Assembly: GCA_021796215.1 (NCBI GenBank)
Contig: JAJYOK010000004.1
Location: 30,217-94,216 of the forward strand
Reading direction: 5' to 3'
DNA length: 64,000 bases
From: Bacteroidota bacterium
Lineage (GTDB): Bacteria; Bacteroidota; Ignavibacteria; UBA10030; UBA8401
In this document: piece by piece, positions 39,027 to 49,900 of the stretch
Numbering within the stretch: the stretch's first letter is position 1
Layout of the letters: each line of letters starts with the position of its first letter
Translations under genes and position numbers: made by a program
The notes under the pieces: model-generated
Told to the model about the DNA's origin: nothing
Database searches by the model: none
Seen by the model: only the letters and a program-made list of their open reading frames with translations

Positions 39027-39791
39027 TCATTGATAATTGTTCAATGTTATCGCCGTTGCAACAATCGCTGCAGTTTCCGTCCGCAATCGCCTTTTGCCCA
39101 GAGAGACTTGCACAAATCCGTGATGTTCTGCAGTGCTGATTTCCTCATCTGTAAATCCGCCTTCAGGACCAATAACAATCAACACCGACTTCGGCGTTTC
39201 CCTATGCTTCAACGTCTCGGCGATGGAAAGCACATGGTCGGTCCGTTCGTACGGTATCATTTTCAGTTCGTACTCCGAAGAATGTTCCATCACAGCAGCC
39301 AACGGCGACACCGGATATATTTGCGGAAGGAATGAACGTCCCGACTGTTTCATCGCCGCAATGGCGACGCTGCGCCACCGCTCCACCCGCCGCGGCGACG
39401 TTTCGACACCGGTGATGAACGAAATAACGCGTGCTGTGCGAAGCGGAATAAACCGCCGGATGCCTAGCTCCGTTGCTTTTTCAACCACCCAATCCATTTT
39501 TGCGGGGTGCTTGAGAAGCGCAACGGCAAGCGTAACGTCAACGTCCGCTTCGTTCAACTGTTCTTCTACATGAAGCACTTCGCAATGCACTTCATGCTGA
39601 GAATCCTTTTGGGACTGATTCATTGCAGCAATCACCGCTTCATACGCTTTTCCCGCGCCGTCCACAACCCAGATCATGTCGCCGGGAATTTTTCTCAGCA
39701 CGCGGGCAATGTGCTTTGCTTCGTCACCGTCAATGATCAGTTCTTTTCCGTGCACTGCATCAGGACGGACATAAAAGTATTCGCTGCTCAT
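39027..39791 (-). CDS. rsmE: 16S rRNA (uracil1498-N3)-methyltransferase RsmE
   Basis: 254 aa with an N-terminal PUA-like domain and a SPOUT domain containing the IGPEGGFT motif. Confidence 0.85.
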   Translation of the reverse strand: MSSEYFYVRPDAVHGKELIIDGDEAKHIARVLRKIPGDMIWVVDGAGKAYEAVIAAMNQSQKDSQHEVHCEVLHVEEQLNEADVDVTLAVALLKHPAKMDWVVEKATELGIRRFIPLRTARVISFITGVETSPRRVERWRSVAIAAMKQSGRSFLPQIYPVSPLAAVMEHSSEYELKMIPYERTDHVLSIAETLKHRETPKSVLIVIGPEGGFTDEEISTAEHHGFVQVSLGKRRLRTETAAIVATAITLNNYQ

Positions 39792-39916
39792 GATGAAATG
39801 ATAAAAGAATTTACTTCAACAAACAAGTGGAAGGATAGGAATTAGAAATTAGGTATTAGATGTTGAGAGTTGGGTGTTTAATCAGATGTAGGACACCTCA
39901 AAGGCGCCCTGCATCT

Positions 39917-39957
39917 TCCAATAAAAAGCCATCACGCGTTTCGCACATGATGGCTTT
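39917..39957 (-). terminator. Rho-independent terminator of the YVTN-propeller gene
   Basis: On the minus strand, AAAGCCATCA-tgtgcgaaacgcg-TGATGGCTTT (10-bp stem) is followed by TTTTATTGG. Confidence 0.55.
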
Positions 39958-40076
39958 GGTTTTGAGACTTCAGAACACTTAAGGATTTCAGATGCTAGTC
40001 AGTCTCGTCATTGAATCATCTACTGGTATTTACCATTATTTTTAACTGTGCAGGAACTCTAGCGAAGTTTGGTTTT

Positions 40077-41108
40077 CTACTTCTCAAACCGCAAAACGGT
40101 GAACGTGTTCTGAATAATTGTCGGCCGCGTGCGCGGATGTTCCGGTGTCGGTGCAGGTGCGGGACCGAATTCCGCAGTCGCAGTAAAAACCGCATGAGTT
40201 GCGGGATCGAGTGCCATCGTGCGCGCGCCGCGCTGAGTAGCAATCGTTTCGACAACCGAAAATGTTGTCGGCGAATTTTCATGCACAACCGTGATCGTTC
40301 CGTCACCGCACGAAGCAAATGCGCATTCCGTTCCGGCATCGAACGCGCATGCATCAACTCCCTTACCAATAGGAAGTGCCGCAACAACTTTTCCGGTTTC
40401 GGTGCTGAGCACGATCATCGTATCGTTATGACATCCGGAAAAAAGAAGATGATGCTCGGCGTCAATCGCCAATCCCGAAGGCGAATCACCCGGCGCAATA
40501 GGCCAATGCGCTGTTGCCGTCAGCGTGCGGGAATCAACTGCGACAATTTCGTTTTTATTCTCAAGATTGATATATATGTATCCTTGTCCGTCAGCAGCGG
40601 CAAACTCCGGCCTTCCTCCAAGCGAGACGGTACCGGCAACAACTCCGGATTCCGCATTCACCGCTGTTGCGTCATCGCTTCCTCCGTTGCATGTAAATAT
40701 ATTTTTCGCTGCCGGGTCGTAGATGATCGCATCGGGTCTTTTTCCAACCGCAATTTCTTTAATGGTGTCGAGCGTTTTCAAATCGAACATTGTCACTGTC
40801 GAAGTTTTGCCGTTACTCGAAAATCCGTGGCCGAATTCGGGCGCGACTGCAACGCCGTGCACGCCTTCCGTTTTCGGAATTTCACCGACAATGGTATTGG
40901 AATCAATGTTGACGACAACGACATGGTCAGAGTGCGAAACATAAAGCCGGCGCGCGCCGGCATCCACCGAAAGATAATCCCATCCGCCTTCCCCGCCAAT
41001 GAGGATTTTTTTTGCGAGGTGGTAGCCCTGCGAAGTCTGTGCACCGCAGAGAGAAACAAGCAGAGCAAGTGCAAGTATGAGAGTAAATTTAAATATTTTC
41101 ATAGACAT
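40077..41108 (-). CDS. Secreted YVTN-family beta-propeller repeat protein
   Basis: 343 aa with a signal peptide (MSMKIFKFTLILALALLVSLCGAQ). ~40-aa repeats carry the YVxN/G-like cores RLYVSHSD, GVHGVAV and NIFTCNGG. It terminates at the hairpin at 39917-39957. Confidence 0.65.
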   Translation of the reverse strand: MSMKIFKFTLILALALLVSLCGAQTSQGYHLAKKILIGGEGGWDYLSVDAGARRLYVSHSDHVVVVNIDSNTIVGEIPKTEGVHGVAVAPEFGHGFSSNGKTSTVTMFDLKTLDTIKEIAVGKRPDAIIYDPAAKNIFTCNGGSDDATAVNAESGVVAGTVSLGGRPEFAAADGQGYIYINLENKNEIVAVDSRTLTATAHWPIAPGDSPSGLAIDAEHHLLFSGCHNDTMIVLSTETGKVVAALPIGKGVDACAFDAGTECAFASCGDGTITVVHENSPTTFSVVETIATQRGARTMALDPATHAVFTATAEFGPAPAPTPEHPRTRPTIIQNTFTVLRFEK

Positions 41109-41294
41109 TCCTTTATGAAGTGAAATAATGCTGCTGCGTCAACAAGCATCGTGTTGGACACCGATGGTGCTGTTTAGTTGAACGTGTTGGAAAAATAGTA
41201 TAGCTGGTTAAGAAAACCAAACTAATCGGTTTGCAAGTCGGGTGAAATCAGTGTACTTTTGTACAGTTATAAGTATTGAAGGGCTGGCATTTCC

Positions 41295-41966
41295 GTGAAA
41301 ATTTTAGTTGTCGAAGACGAAAAGAAAGTTGCGGCGTTCATCAAAAAAGGATTAGAGCAGGAACATTACACCGTAGATGTTGCCGCCAACGGCGAAGAAG
41401 GCGAGCAGCGCGCCTTTTCACAGCCGTATGATCTGCTGATTCTTGATATTCTGATGCCGAAAAAGGATGGTTTAACAATGCTGCAGGACATTCGCGCAAA
41501 AAATATCTCTGCGCCCGTCCTCATGATCACAGCAAAGGGAACAGTCGAAGACAAAGTGAAGGGGCTCGACACCGGAGCCGACGATTATCTTGTGAAGCCC
41601 TTCGCATTTGCCGAATTGCTCGCACGTGTCCGTTCGCTGTTACGCCGCAGAGGCAGCGACGCAGCCACGCATCTCACGATCGGAGATCTTACCCTCGACC
41701 TTGTTACGCACAAAGCAAAACGCGGCGGCCGTACTATAGAACTGACGGCAAAAGAATATATGCTGCTCGAATATTTCATGCGCAACAAGAACAACGTGTT
41801 GAGCAGAATGACGATTTCCGAACACATCTGGCATTACAATTTCGATACTGGAACGAATATCATTGATGTCTTCGTCAATCACTTGCGCACAAAAATTGAC
41901 GGGAAGTCGGAGAAGAGGTTAATTCACACTGTGCGCGGTGTCGGTTATATGTTGAAAGAAACTTAG
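41295..41966 (+). CDS. OmpR-family response regulator of the heavy-metal (CusR/CopR-like) subfamily
   Basis: GTG start. VKILVVEDEKK...DLLILDILMPKKDG...VLMITAKGTVEDKVKGLDTGADDYLVKPFAFAELLARVRSLLRR is near-identical in pattern to CusR. A winged-helix C-terminus follows. Confidence 0.85.
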   Translation: MKILVVEDEKKVAAFIKKGLEQEHYTVDVAANGEEGEQRAFSQPYDLLILDILMPKKDGLTMLQDIRAKNISAPVLMITAKGTVEDKVKGLDTGADDYLVKPFAFAELLARVRSLLRRRGSDAATHLTIGDLTLDLVTHKAKRGGRTIELTAKEYMLLEYFMRNKNNVLSRMTISEHIWHYNFDTGTNIIDVFVNHLRTKIDGKSEKRLIHTVRGVGYMLKET

Positions 41967-41975
41967 CGTTTTTCC

Positions 41976-43499
41976 ATGGAAAAAAATCCTGCCATACGGC
42001 CTAGTGTTATGAAATTCATTCATTCCATCCGTACAAAATTGACCCTGTGGTATTCACTTATCGTGTTTGCCACGCTGGTCGGTTTCGGCATCACCGCGTA
42101 TTACTACACGCAGGAAAAACTCTTTGCGAGCCTGGACTATTCTCTTCGCAACGAAGTGGTATGGCTGAAAGGCTTTATTGAGCCGCAGGCGAAAAAAATT
42201 AAGCTGAAACGTCCGAAGCGAAAACCACCAGTGAGTAAAAAACAGGAAAAAAAGATCCGCAAATCTCATGAAGTGGAAGTAACGAACGAAGACTCGCTCG
42301 AAGTTGATCAAATTTGGAATCAGATTTATGAGCACACGTTGCTCAGCCCGAAGAAACAAATCATTCAGATACGCGACCGCAATGGCGATGTACTGTACAA
42401 ATCGTACAGCCTTGGGAAAGAAGATATTTCGTTTGAAGATATTCCGTACAACACCATCAAGCTCGTGACGATTTATGATGCGACCGGACAGGCTTTGCGT
42501 CTCGCCGTGACGCAAAATGCGATCATGAAAATCTTCGTTGCGTACCCGGAAGCGGAAGTTTCCGAGGTGCTCGGGAGTCTTTTTTCAATTTTCATTTTGA
42601 TGGTGCCGGCAGCGTTTGTGCTTTCACTGCTCGGCGGATGGTTTCTTGCAACGCGCTCGCTGAAGCCGGTAGATCAGGTCACCGGAACGGCACGCGCAAT
42701 CACGGCGCAAAATCTCGACCAGCGCATTCCTCATTCCGGCGTTGATGACGAGATCGGCAGATTGATTTCGACCTTCAATGATATGATCGAGCGTCTGCAA
42801 AGCTCATTTGAAAATGTGAAACAATTTTCCGTTGACGCATCGCACGAACTCCGCACGCCGCTCACCGTGATGCGCGGTGAAGTTGAAATTGCACTTCGCT
42901 CAAAACAATCCGGCGAAGAATACCGCCGTATTCTTTCCAGCACGCTCGATGAAATTCTGCGCATGTCCGCTATCATCGAAAATCTTCTCATGCTCGCGAA
43001 AGGCGACATCGGGAAATCCGACCTGCATTTTGAGAGCGTTTCGCTTGCGGGTATTGTGCGGGATTTATCGGAAGACGGCGAGATGCTGGCGAAAACGAAA
43101 AATATTTCCGTGCACGTTGACGCATCCGGCGATATTTGCACCATCGGCGATCCCGTTCGCCTGCGCCAGCTTGTTCTTAACCTTCTCGAAAATGCGATCA
43201 AATATACGAACGAAAACGGCAATGTATGGATGTCGCTTTTCCGTGAAAATGGCTCAGCAAAAATAGTGGTAAAAGATACCGGAATCGGCATTCCGAAAGA
43301 AGCCCAAACAAAAATTTTTGACCGGTTTTACAGGGTTGATAAAGGGCGTTCCCGCGAAATGGGGGGCACAGGACTTGGGCTTTCCATCGCAAAATGGATT
43401 GTAGAATCACATGGCGGAACTATTTCGGTGGAAAGTGAGGTTAATAAAGGAAGCACATTTACGGTGGTTCTTCCATTGGAGACAGTTAATGCAAATTAA
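41976..43499 (+). CDS. Sensor histidine kinase, heavy-metal sensor (CusS-like) architecture
   Basis: TM, then periplasmic domain, then TM, then HAMP. The HisKA box is SHELRTPLT and the HATPase_c motifs are NLLENAIKYT, DTGIGIP and GGTGLGLSI. The start is possibly at 42009 (MKFIHSIRTKLTLWYS). Confidence 0.85.
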   Translation: MEKNPAIRPSVMKFIHSIRTKLTLWYSLIVFATLVGFGITAYYYTQEKLFASLDYSLRNEVVWLKGFIEPQAKKIKLKRPKRKPPVSKKQEKKIRKSHEVEVTNEDSLEVDQIWNQIYEHTLLSPKKQIIQIRDRNGDVLYKSYSLGKEDISFEDIPYNTIKLVTIYDATGQALRLAVTQNAIMKIFVAYPEAEVSEVLGSLFSIFILMVPAAFVLSLLGGWFLATRSLKPVDQVTGTARAITAQNLDQRIPHSGVDDEIGRLISTFNDMIERLQSSFENVKQFSVDASHELRTPLTVMRGEVEIALRSKQSGEEYRRILSSTLDEILRMSAIIENLLMLAKGDIGKSDLHFESVSLAGIVRDLSEDGEMLAKTKNISVHVDASGDICTIGDPVRLRQLVLNLLENAIKYTNENGNVWMSLFRENGSAKIVVKDTGIGIPKEAQTKIFDRFYRVDKGRSREMGGTGLGLSIAKWIVESHGGTISVESEVNKGSTFTVVLPLETVNAN

Positions 43500-43597
43500 T
43501 TTGACTCTTGAAGAGCAAAAACTTACGTTTGTGCCAGTTGTTGCCGTACAACATAATCCAACTTAACTAATCTAAACATTTTTCCGAGGAGGTTTTT

Positions 43598-43924
43598 ATG
43601 AACAGCAAGGTGTTGCGGCTTATTGTCGCATGGTGTGTTGCACTCGCCTTCACACTCCCTGCTTTCGCTCAAACACAGGAAGCGAAAAAAGAGCCGATGA
43701 AGCAGGAAAAAAAGGAGATGAAGACCGAGAAGAAGGGGATGAAGCATGAGAAGACGAAGATGTCAAGTGCGAAGAAAAAAATGAAAAGTGAAAAAAAGGA
43801 GATGAAGGGGGAAAAGAACGAAATGAAACATGAGAAGATGGAGATGAAAAAAAAGGAAATGAAAAAGGATAACATGAAGATGGAAAAGAAAGAAATGAAA
43901 AAAGACAATATGGAAAAGAAGTAA
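43598..43924 (+). CDS. Small secreted Met/Lys/Glu-rich repeat protein (candidate periplasmic Cu/Ag-binding protein)
   Basis: A strong SD (GAGGAGG) lies 8 nt upstream. The signal peptide is MNSKVLRLIVAWCVALAFTLPAFA. The mature 84 aa are built from E-K-K-E-M-K repeats and include two MKHEK (M-x-H) motifs, with ~17 Met in total. The gene sits directly downstream of the CusRS-like two-component system and is followed by a terminator. Confidence 0.5.
   Translation: MNSKVLRLIVAWCVALAFTLPAFAQTQEAKKEPMKQEKKEMKTEKKGMKHEKTKMSSAKKKMKSEKKEMKGEKNEMKHEKMEMKKKEMKKDNMKMEKKEMKKDNMEKK
43690..43921 (+). repeat. Imperfect tandem nucleotide repeats (GAGAAGAAGGRGATGAAG-like units) encoding the EKKEMK repeats
   Basis: GGAGATGAAG/GAAATGAAA units visibly recur. 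They produce long spurious antisense ORFs (43669..44046, 43763..44125). Confidence 0.6.
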
Positions 43925-43954
43925 TTTCCTTTTCTCGTTTCCCCTTTTTGTATC

Positions 43955-43988
43955 AAAGCCCTGCACAACGCAGGGCTTTGTTGTTTTT
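43955..43988 (+). terminator. Rho-independent terminator after the Met-rich protein gene
   Basis: AAAGCCCTGC-acaac-GCAGGGCTTT (10-bp stem) followed by GTTGTTTTT. Confidence 0.6.
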
Positions 43989-43991
43989 GCG

Positions 43992-45323
43992 GTGCGGGAA
44001 ATCGCATCGCAATTGCACGATATATTCCTTCTCCGTATCTTGTCAAGAAAAAATCTCATGCCGGCGCATCGCCCACAGAAACTCACCACCGCTGTACAAA
44101 GAGCTCTTCGGACAGTATTTTCCATCTTCCGCTCTCAAGAGCACCCGCTCACCGGAGTGTACAAAATTCAGGTTGTCTCGCTGCAGGAAGAACTCGAACA
44201 CCCGGAGTCGCTTCCGAAAGAACTGCGCTACGCTCTTCTCCAAAATCCGTCGTTGAAAGAACGTATTGAATCTGTTTTAAACAATGGAAAAACAATCGGC
44301 GTACGCACTGTGCAGAAAACTCCGGAACGTGTGCTCAGCGCCATCAACAGCATTTCACAATTCAGCCAGCACAAAACAATTGTCACATGGCTTCCCGCAC
44401 TATTGACGCGGCAGGAATCTCCACGAATGCTTCCTTCTGACCACGAGCGCGCAGCAGCCCACAATGTCGATCTGAATCGTGAAGTTACACACATCCTGGA
44501 CCACCGGCTGGAATTCAAAAAGTTCATGATCATTGATGACAGCCATGTGGGGTTGACATCTGAAGATAGATCGCTTATTGACGCTCTCAACGAACTCATC
44601 ACACCTATTGTACTGAAACATGTTGTCAGCCGGATGACATTTGACAACGCCGATACGCGAACTGCGGTAGCTCAATCCATTCTCAAAGCGCTGCTCATTA
44701 TCGGGCCGATCACGCAGGTGTTGGAACAATACACCCATGGCTTCGGAAAAATTTTTGCTGCATCAATGGATGATATTCTTTCTGAAGTTGCAGAATTGTT
44801 TGCGCTGCACGGCTCCGGTTTCCGGTGGAAGCAGCTCGTTCAACGCATGAAGATTCTCGTTCCTATTTTCGCGCTTGCTTCGTACGGCGCTTATCATGTT
44901 GATACGCTGATTGATGAACAGCATTTCGCGCTTGCCGGCATTTTGTTCGGCGCATCGGCAGTTGCACTTTCGCTTACCACCGCTTTGCAAAGTATTCGTC
45001 TATATAAACAATGCATAGATGCGTTGATTCATGATGAAAAATTACCGCCGGCACCGCCAGTGCGGCGCTGGCTTTTGGCAATCCGTCAGGATTTTACCAA
45101 TCCTGCGCGATTAGGATTATTTGTCGGCGCTTTGATTTCCCCGATTGCGGCAATGATTGTCTTTGTCGGACTTCCCTTTTTCGTTCACAACGGATGGGTG
45201 CTCGCACTTCTTGGCACAGCAGAAACACTGACAGCCGGTTTGTTTGTTGTTATCGCGCGCCGCTTGAATGCGTTACGATTTCAATTAACCATTTCACGTC
45301 TGCTGAACGGACACGGGCGTTAA
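43992..45323 (+). CDS. Hypothetical protein with C-terminal transmembrane helices
   Basis: 443 aa with no recognisable motif. The C-terminal ~150 aa are hydrophobic (3-4 TM). The start is uncertain (GTG at 43992 overlaps the terminator; ATG at 44058 is possible). Confidence 0.4.
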   Translation: MREIASQLHDIFLLRILSRKNLMPAHRPQKLTTAVQRALRTVFSIFRSQEHPLTGVYKIQVVSLQEELEHPESLPKELRYALLQNPSLKERIESVLNNGKTIGVRTVQKTPERVLSAINSISQFSQHKTIVTWLPALLTRQESPRMLPSDHERAAAHNVDLNREVTHILDHRLEFKKFMIIDDSHVGLTSEDRSLIDALNELITPIVLKHVVSRMTFDNADTRTAVAQSILKALLIIGPITQVLEQYTHGFGKIFAASMDDILSEVAELFALHGSGFRWKQLVQRMKILVPIFALASYGAYHVDTLIDEQHFALAGILFGASAVALSLTTALQSIRLYKQCIDALIHDEKLPPAPPVRRWLLAIRQDFTNPARLGLFVGALISPIAAMIVFVGLPFFVHNGWVLALLGTAETLTAGLFVVIARRLNALRFQLTISRLLNGHGR

Positions 45324-45433
45324 TGAAAAATGCTTCAGATATTGATCTGCCTGTGGCGGAGTTGCTTCTTCCTTTCTGAATCTGTATTTTCCCTGTTCAT
45401 TTCAGCCGCATTATTCACTAAAAATAGGATATT

Positions 45434-46855
45434 ATGGAACCACAAGTTGTAAGTCCGGCGGAGACAACTTTTTCTTCTGAACCGACGCTTGCCCGGCGCC
45501 TGACACTTGTCTCTGCCGTTATGGTTGTCATCGGCTCAGTGATCGGCTCGGGAATTTTCCTGACGCCGCAAAGCATCGCTGCAACAATCCAGATTCCGGG
45601 CATAATGATCTTTGTCTGGATTCTCACAGGCATTCTTACGCTCGCCGGCGCTCTTACCAATGCTGAAATTGCCGGATTGGTTCCCGAAGCGGGCGGGCAA
45701 TATGTTTTTTTCCGCGTGACATTCGGCGAACTCACAGCGTTTCTCTACGGCTGGACAACATTCATTGTGTATCAAACCGGTTCCATCGCTGCAATTGCTG
45801 TCGCATTCGGGCGTTACACCGGTTACTTCGTTCACCTGCCCCATTTCAGCCCTGCGCTTGAAGCATGGGAACTTCCGCTCATCGGCAATATTCATCCGTT
45901 CAACGATATCGGCGTAACGATGGTGGCAATTTCTGCGATTCTTATTCTTGCAGCAGTGAATTATTTCGGCGTTCAGTTCGGCGGTTTCGTGCAAAATATT
46001 TTTACTTTTTTGAAAGTTGCTGCCATCGGCGGCATCATTGTTCTTGCGTTCGGTTCAGGCAAAGGAAGCACCGCGCATTTCTTTCCGTTATGGGGAACAC
46101 CTGCATCCGGCGCACTGCTTGGCGCCATCGGCGTTGCCATGATCGCTACGCTCTGGTCATACGACGGCTGGAACAGTCTTACATATCTTGCCGGTGAAGT
46201 AAAAGAGCCACAGCGCAATATTCCCCGTGCGCTCATTCTTGGTACGATTGCTGTGATCATTATTTACGTTCTGACCAATCTAGCGTACTTATACATTCTT
46301 CCCATTGGTGAGATTGCAACATCAAAACTTGTTGCGGCAGATACGATGGAGAGAATTTTCGCCGGCTACGGCGGCGCAATTATTGCCGCGATGGTGATGA
46401 TTTCAACCTTCGGTACGGTGAACGCAACTTCGATGACGACAGCGCGGGTGTATTTTGCAATGGCGAAAGATAAATTATTTTTTAAATCGCTCGGCGAGGT
46501 GCATCCGAAATACAGAACGCCGGCAAAATCATTGGTTGTTCAGGCGGTGTGGGCGTCTCTTTTGACACTCACCGGAACGTACGATCAAATTTTCACCTAT
46601 GTTATCTTCGCCGGATGGATTTTTTATGCGTTAGGCGCCGCCGCCGTATTCATTCTGCGGAAAAAAATGCCAAACGCAGCGCGTCCGTACAAGGTGCCGG
46701 GCTATCCGTACGTGCCGATCGTTTTCATCATCGTTGCAACGTGGTTTGTGTTCAATACTATTGTTCACCAAACTGCGGATTCTATGGTGGGATTGCTTCT
46801 TGTTGCGGCTGGAATTCCTTTTTATTTGTATTGGAAGAAACAAATGTCGGCGTAA
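45434..46855 (+). CDS. APC-superfamily amino-acid permease
   Basis: 473 aa with 12 predicted TM helices. The N-terminal ...VIGSGIFLTPQ... motif is typical of APC transporters. Confidence 0.85.
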   Translation: MEPQVVSPAETTFSSEPTLARRLTLVSAVMVVIGSVIGSGIFLTPQSIAATIQIPGIMIFVWILTGILTLAGALTNAEIAGLVPEAGGQYVFFRVTFGELTAFLYGWTTFIVYQTGSIAAIAVAFGRYTGYFVHLPHFSPALEAWELPLIGNIHPFNDIGVTMVAISAILILAAVNYFGVQFGGFVQNIFTFLKVAAIGGIIVLAFGSGKGSTAHFFPLWGTPASGALLGAIGVAMIATLWSYDGWNSLTYLAGEVKEPQRNIPRALILGTIAVIIIYVLTNLAYLYILPIGEIATSKLVAADTMERIFAGYGGAIIAAMVMISTFGTVNATSMTTARVYFAMAKDKLFFKSLGEVHPKYRTPAKSLVVQAVWASLLTLTGTYDQIFTYVIFAGWIFYALGAAAVFILRKKMPNAARPYKVPGYPYVPIVFIIVATWFVFNTIVHQTADSMVGLLLVAAGIPFYLYWKKQMSA

Positions 46856-46873
46856 GAGATTCCCGTTAAGATT

Positions 46874-46908
46874 GAAAAAAAAAGCCCCGATTACGGGGCT
46901 TTTTTTAT
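46874..46908. terminator. Bidirectional rho-independent terminator between convergent genes
   Basis: AAAAAAAAAGCCCCG-atta-CGGGGCTTTTTTTATT: a 9-bp GC-rich stem flanked by an A-run and a T-run. Confidence 0.65.
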
Positions 46909-46926
46909 TCTCTTCGTGTACAACCT

Positions 46927-49900
46927 TTAGAAATCTTCCCCTAACGAAATATAATATTTCGGAATCGAGAATCCGGCAACGTTGTACGACCATGCAACAT
47001 CAAATCTCAGCGGCAGACCAAAAAGAATAATGCGCATGCCGAATCCTGTTCCCACCAGCAAATCTTTTGTAACAGTGCCGCCAGAAGAACTTTTCGCGAG
47101 ACCCTGCCACGTCCCCGTGTTCGTCCAGGCTGATCCGACATCGAGAAATGCTACGCCGGTAATATTCTGAAATGCGAGCGGCACGCCGCCGGTTACTAAA
47201 TACTGAATCAACGGAAAGCGCAATTCGTAATTCATCAATGCGAACTTCGTTCCGTTCTGTGCATTGTAATTGAATCCGCGCAGCGGCAATGCCGGAGTGA
47301 GAAATGCGTAATCGGCAACACTTTGAATCGGAATCGTCCCGTTTTCAAATTCACGATTGAGCCAGCCGTCAGTCCCGCCGATGAAAAAATGCTGCGGGTT
47401 CGCTCCCATGCTCAAACCGCCGGACCATCGCGCAACGAAATCATAATCACGCCAAAACGAGAGGTACGTTCGGTAATCAAGAGTGAATGTTTGGAAATTG
47501 AGCGAGTTCGCTCCGAGAGACGGGCTGAACATTCCTGAAATATTGTACCGCTTGCCGTTGTTCGGCGCCGTATAACCCCACAGCGTATTGTCATGAATGT
47601 AACTGACTTGCGGAATGATTAACGAGCGCTGTTGTGCCGGCTCAAAATTGAAATCGAGATTTTCCATCGAAAGGTTGAGCCACATCAACTCAAAATCCAT
47701 CCGGTTAAATCTGTCAAACGGATACGACGCTGAACCGCCGATGCCCCACGTCTGAAAACGGTACAGCGCGGTGCTCATTACCTGCGGGTTATAATCGTTC
47801 ATGTACAAGAAGCGCGCGCTGTGAAATCCCTGGATACCGTAATCAATACGCTTCGGTAAATAGTAATAGGCAAAAAGATAATCACTGTTTTTGAGATCGA
47901 GCATCAGGTTCGTTAAAAAATAAATCTGGTGGTCGCCAAGCATATCGCTGAACGCCATCATCGTCGTACCTTCCACTCCGTAGAATGTGCTGTAGCCGGC
48001 ATTACCGTAAACAATATCGGGAGTGAAATCGAGCTTGTACTTATTCACCTTGTAATTCCCGTTCTCATCCACATTGTCTGTGAGAGAAAATTTCTTGTCA
48101 TCAAGCGATCCAAACTGATCGAGCTTTTTCTCTTTTTCTTTTTTCGCTTCATCGGCAAACACATAGGTGCCGAAATCAATGTGAACATTTTTGCCGTACA
48201 CTCCGCTCGTATCGGCCGCTGAACGGTTTGCGACAGCAATGGATGATGTGTCTTTCTTCGCAGCCGTGGAATCCGCAGCAGCAACGGACGGTGATTCCTC
48301 TGCGATTAGATTTTTCATGAACTCTGTCGGCTCGAGCGATGCAACGGCGAGCTTCTTTTCGAACGGCATCTTCATCACAAAAATATCGAACCCCGCATGG
48401 TCCAGCGCTGAAAACGTAAGCTTATTTCCATCTGCAGAAACTGAAAGCTGGTACACACCCGCGATGGAATTTGTGATCGGCCAGTCGTCGCCGGTGACTA
48501 GATTGCGTTCATAAATATTATTGATGCCGTTGCGGTCGGAAATGTAAAGCATTTTTTTACCGTCGGGCGAAAGCGCAGGCGATGTTTCGTCGCTGTGTGG
48601 GTAATCAGTAATGCGCTGAATCTCTTTTGTCTCTGCATTGATCGCATACAGGTCAAGCTGTGAATAATCGTAATGCTCCATTCTGAAATCCGGTGGACGG
48701 CTTTGCAGTGAGAGATGGTCGCCGCGATCCGAAGAGAAGTAAATTGTCTTTCCGTCGGGAGACCAAACCGGATCAGCATCGGAGAAAACGTCGTCAGTTA
48801 AATTCGTCAATGTTTTTGTCGTCATATCATAAACATAGACATCGGAATTCTGATCCTTGTCGCCGATAAACGCCAGCTTGTCGCCTTGATGCGACCAATT
48901 GACGGAGAAAATTCCGTCCAATCCGAATTCCAGTTTCTCCTTATCACCGCTTGCAACATCAACGATAAAAATCGCATCCTGATCGCCGCTTTTTACTGCC
49001 AACGCAATTTTCTTTCCGTCCGGCGACCATGAAATTCCCGGCGTCAGCAGATGAAGCTCTTCAAAATTTTTCGTCTGCTGCCCATCAACAATTTTTGTCA
49101 CTTTATTATCAATGGTGGACATGATGTACACATCGAAATACTCGTCACGATCGGAAATGAATGCAATTTTGTCGCCTTGAGGAGAAATGGCGGGGCTAGT
49201 ATTATAAAAATTGCCGTCTTTATAATGATTGGTTAACCGTGTTGCGAAATCGGCAGGATCGTCCCGCTTCGCGATGTCAGGCCAGTACGTTACTTTCAAC
49301 TCTTTCTGCCATCGCTGGTTCAATTCTTCAATGCTCAGGCCGAGTGTGCTCTTGAATCCTTGTTCCACGCTTCGCGTCCCTTTAATGCGATTCAGGATCT
49401 CACCGATTTTTTGTTCACCATATTTGTTCGCGATATAATACCACACCGATTGGCCGCCGCGATATGCAAAATAACCGTTCAAATAATCAATAGGAACGAG
49501 GTACGTATGAATCGTCGCGTCGCGCATGAACATATCGGAATTGGTGTCCCACTTCAGCGATTCGTATTCTGCCAATCCTTCGTTGAACCACATCGGCAGT
49601 TGTAAACGGATATTGTTTGAAATCATGGATTGAATAGAGCCGCCGTAAAACATATCGTTCACCACCGCGTGAACAAGCTCGTGATGAATGACATGTCGAA
49701 ATTGACGAAAGCTTCCTTCAAATGGAATCACCATGCGATTCTTGAACAACTCCGTAACGCCGCCGATTCCTTCCTCAAGATATTCCGAAACAACATTGGT
49801 CTGTTGAAAATCGTTATGAGAATTGTACACCATAATCGAAATCCGGTTGTTGATCTGGTACCGGAAATCATTGCTAATCATCGTGTATGCCGACTCCGCC

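Noticed and set aside
40011-41123. 370-aa plus-strand ORF rich in Arg/Cys
   Set aside because: It is fully antisense to the well-supported YVTN propeller gene (40077..41108, -). Its composition is typical of antisense frames in a coding region, and it has no motif.
43669-44125. Two long minus-strand ORFs (125 and 120 aa) with FFF/SFF low-complexity sequence
   Set aside because: They are antisense read-through of the EKKEMK tandem-repeat gene (the reverse complement of GAAGAA repeats). They are artefacts of the repeat.
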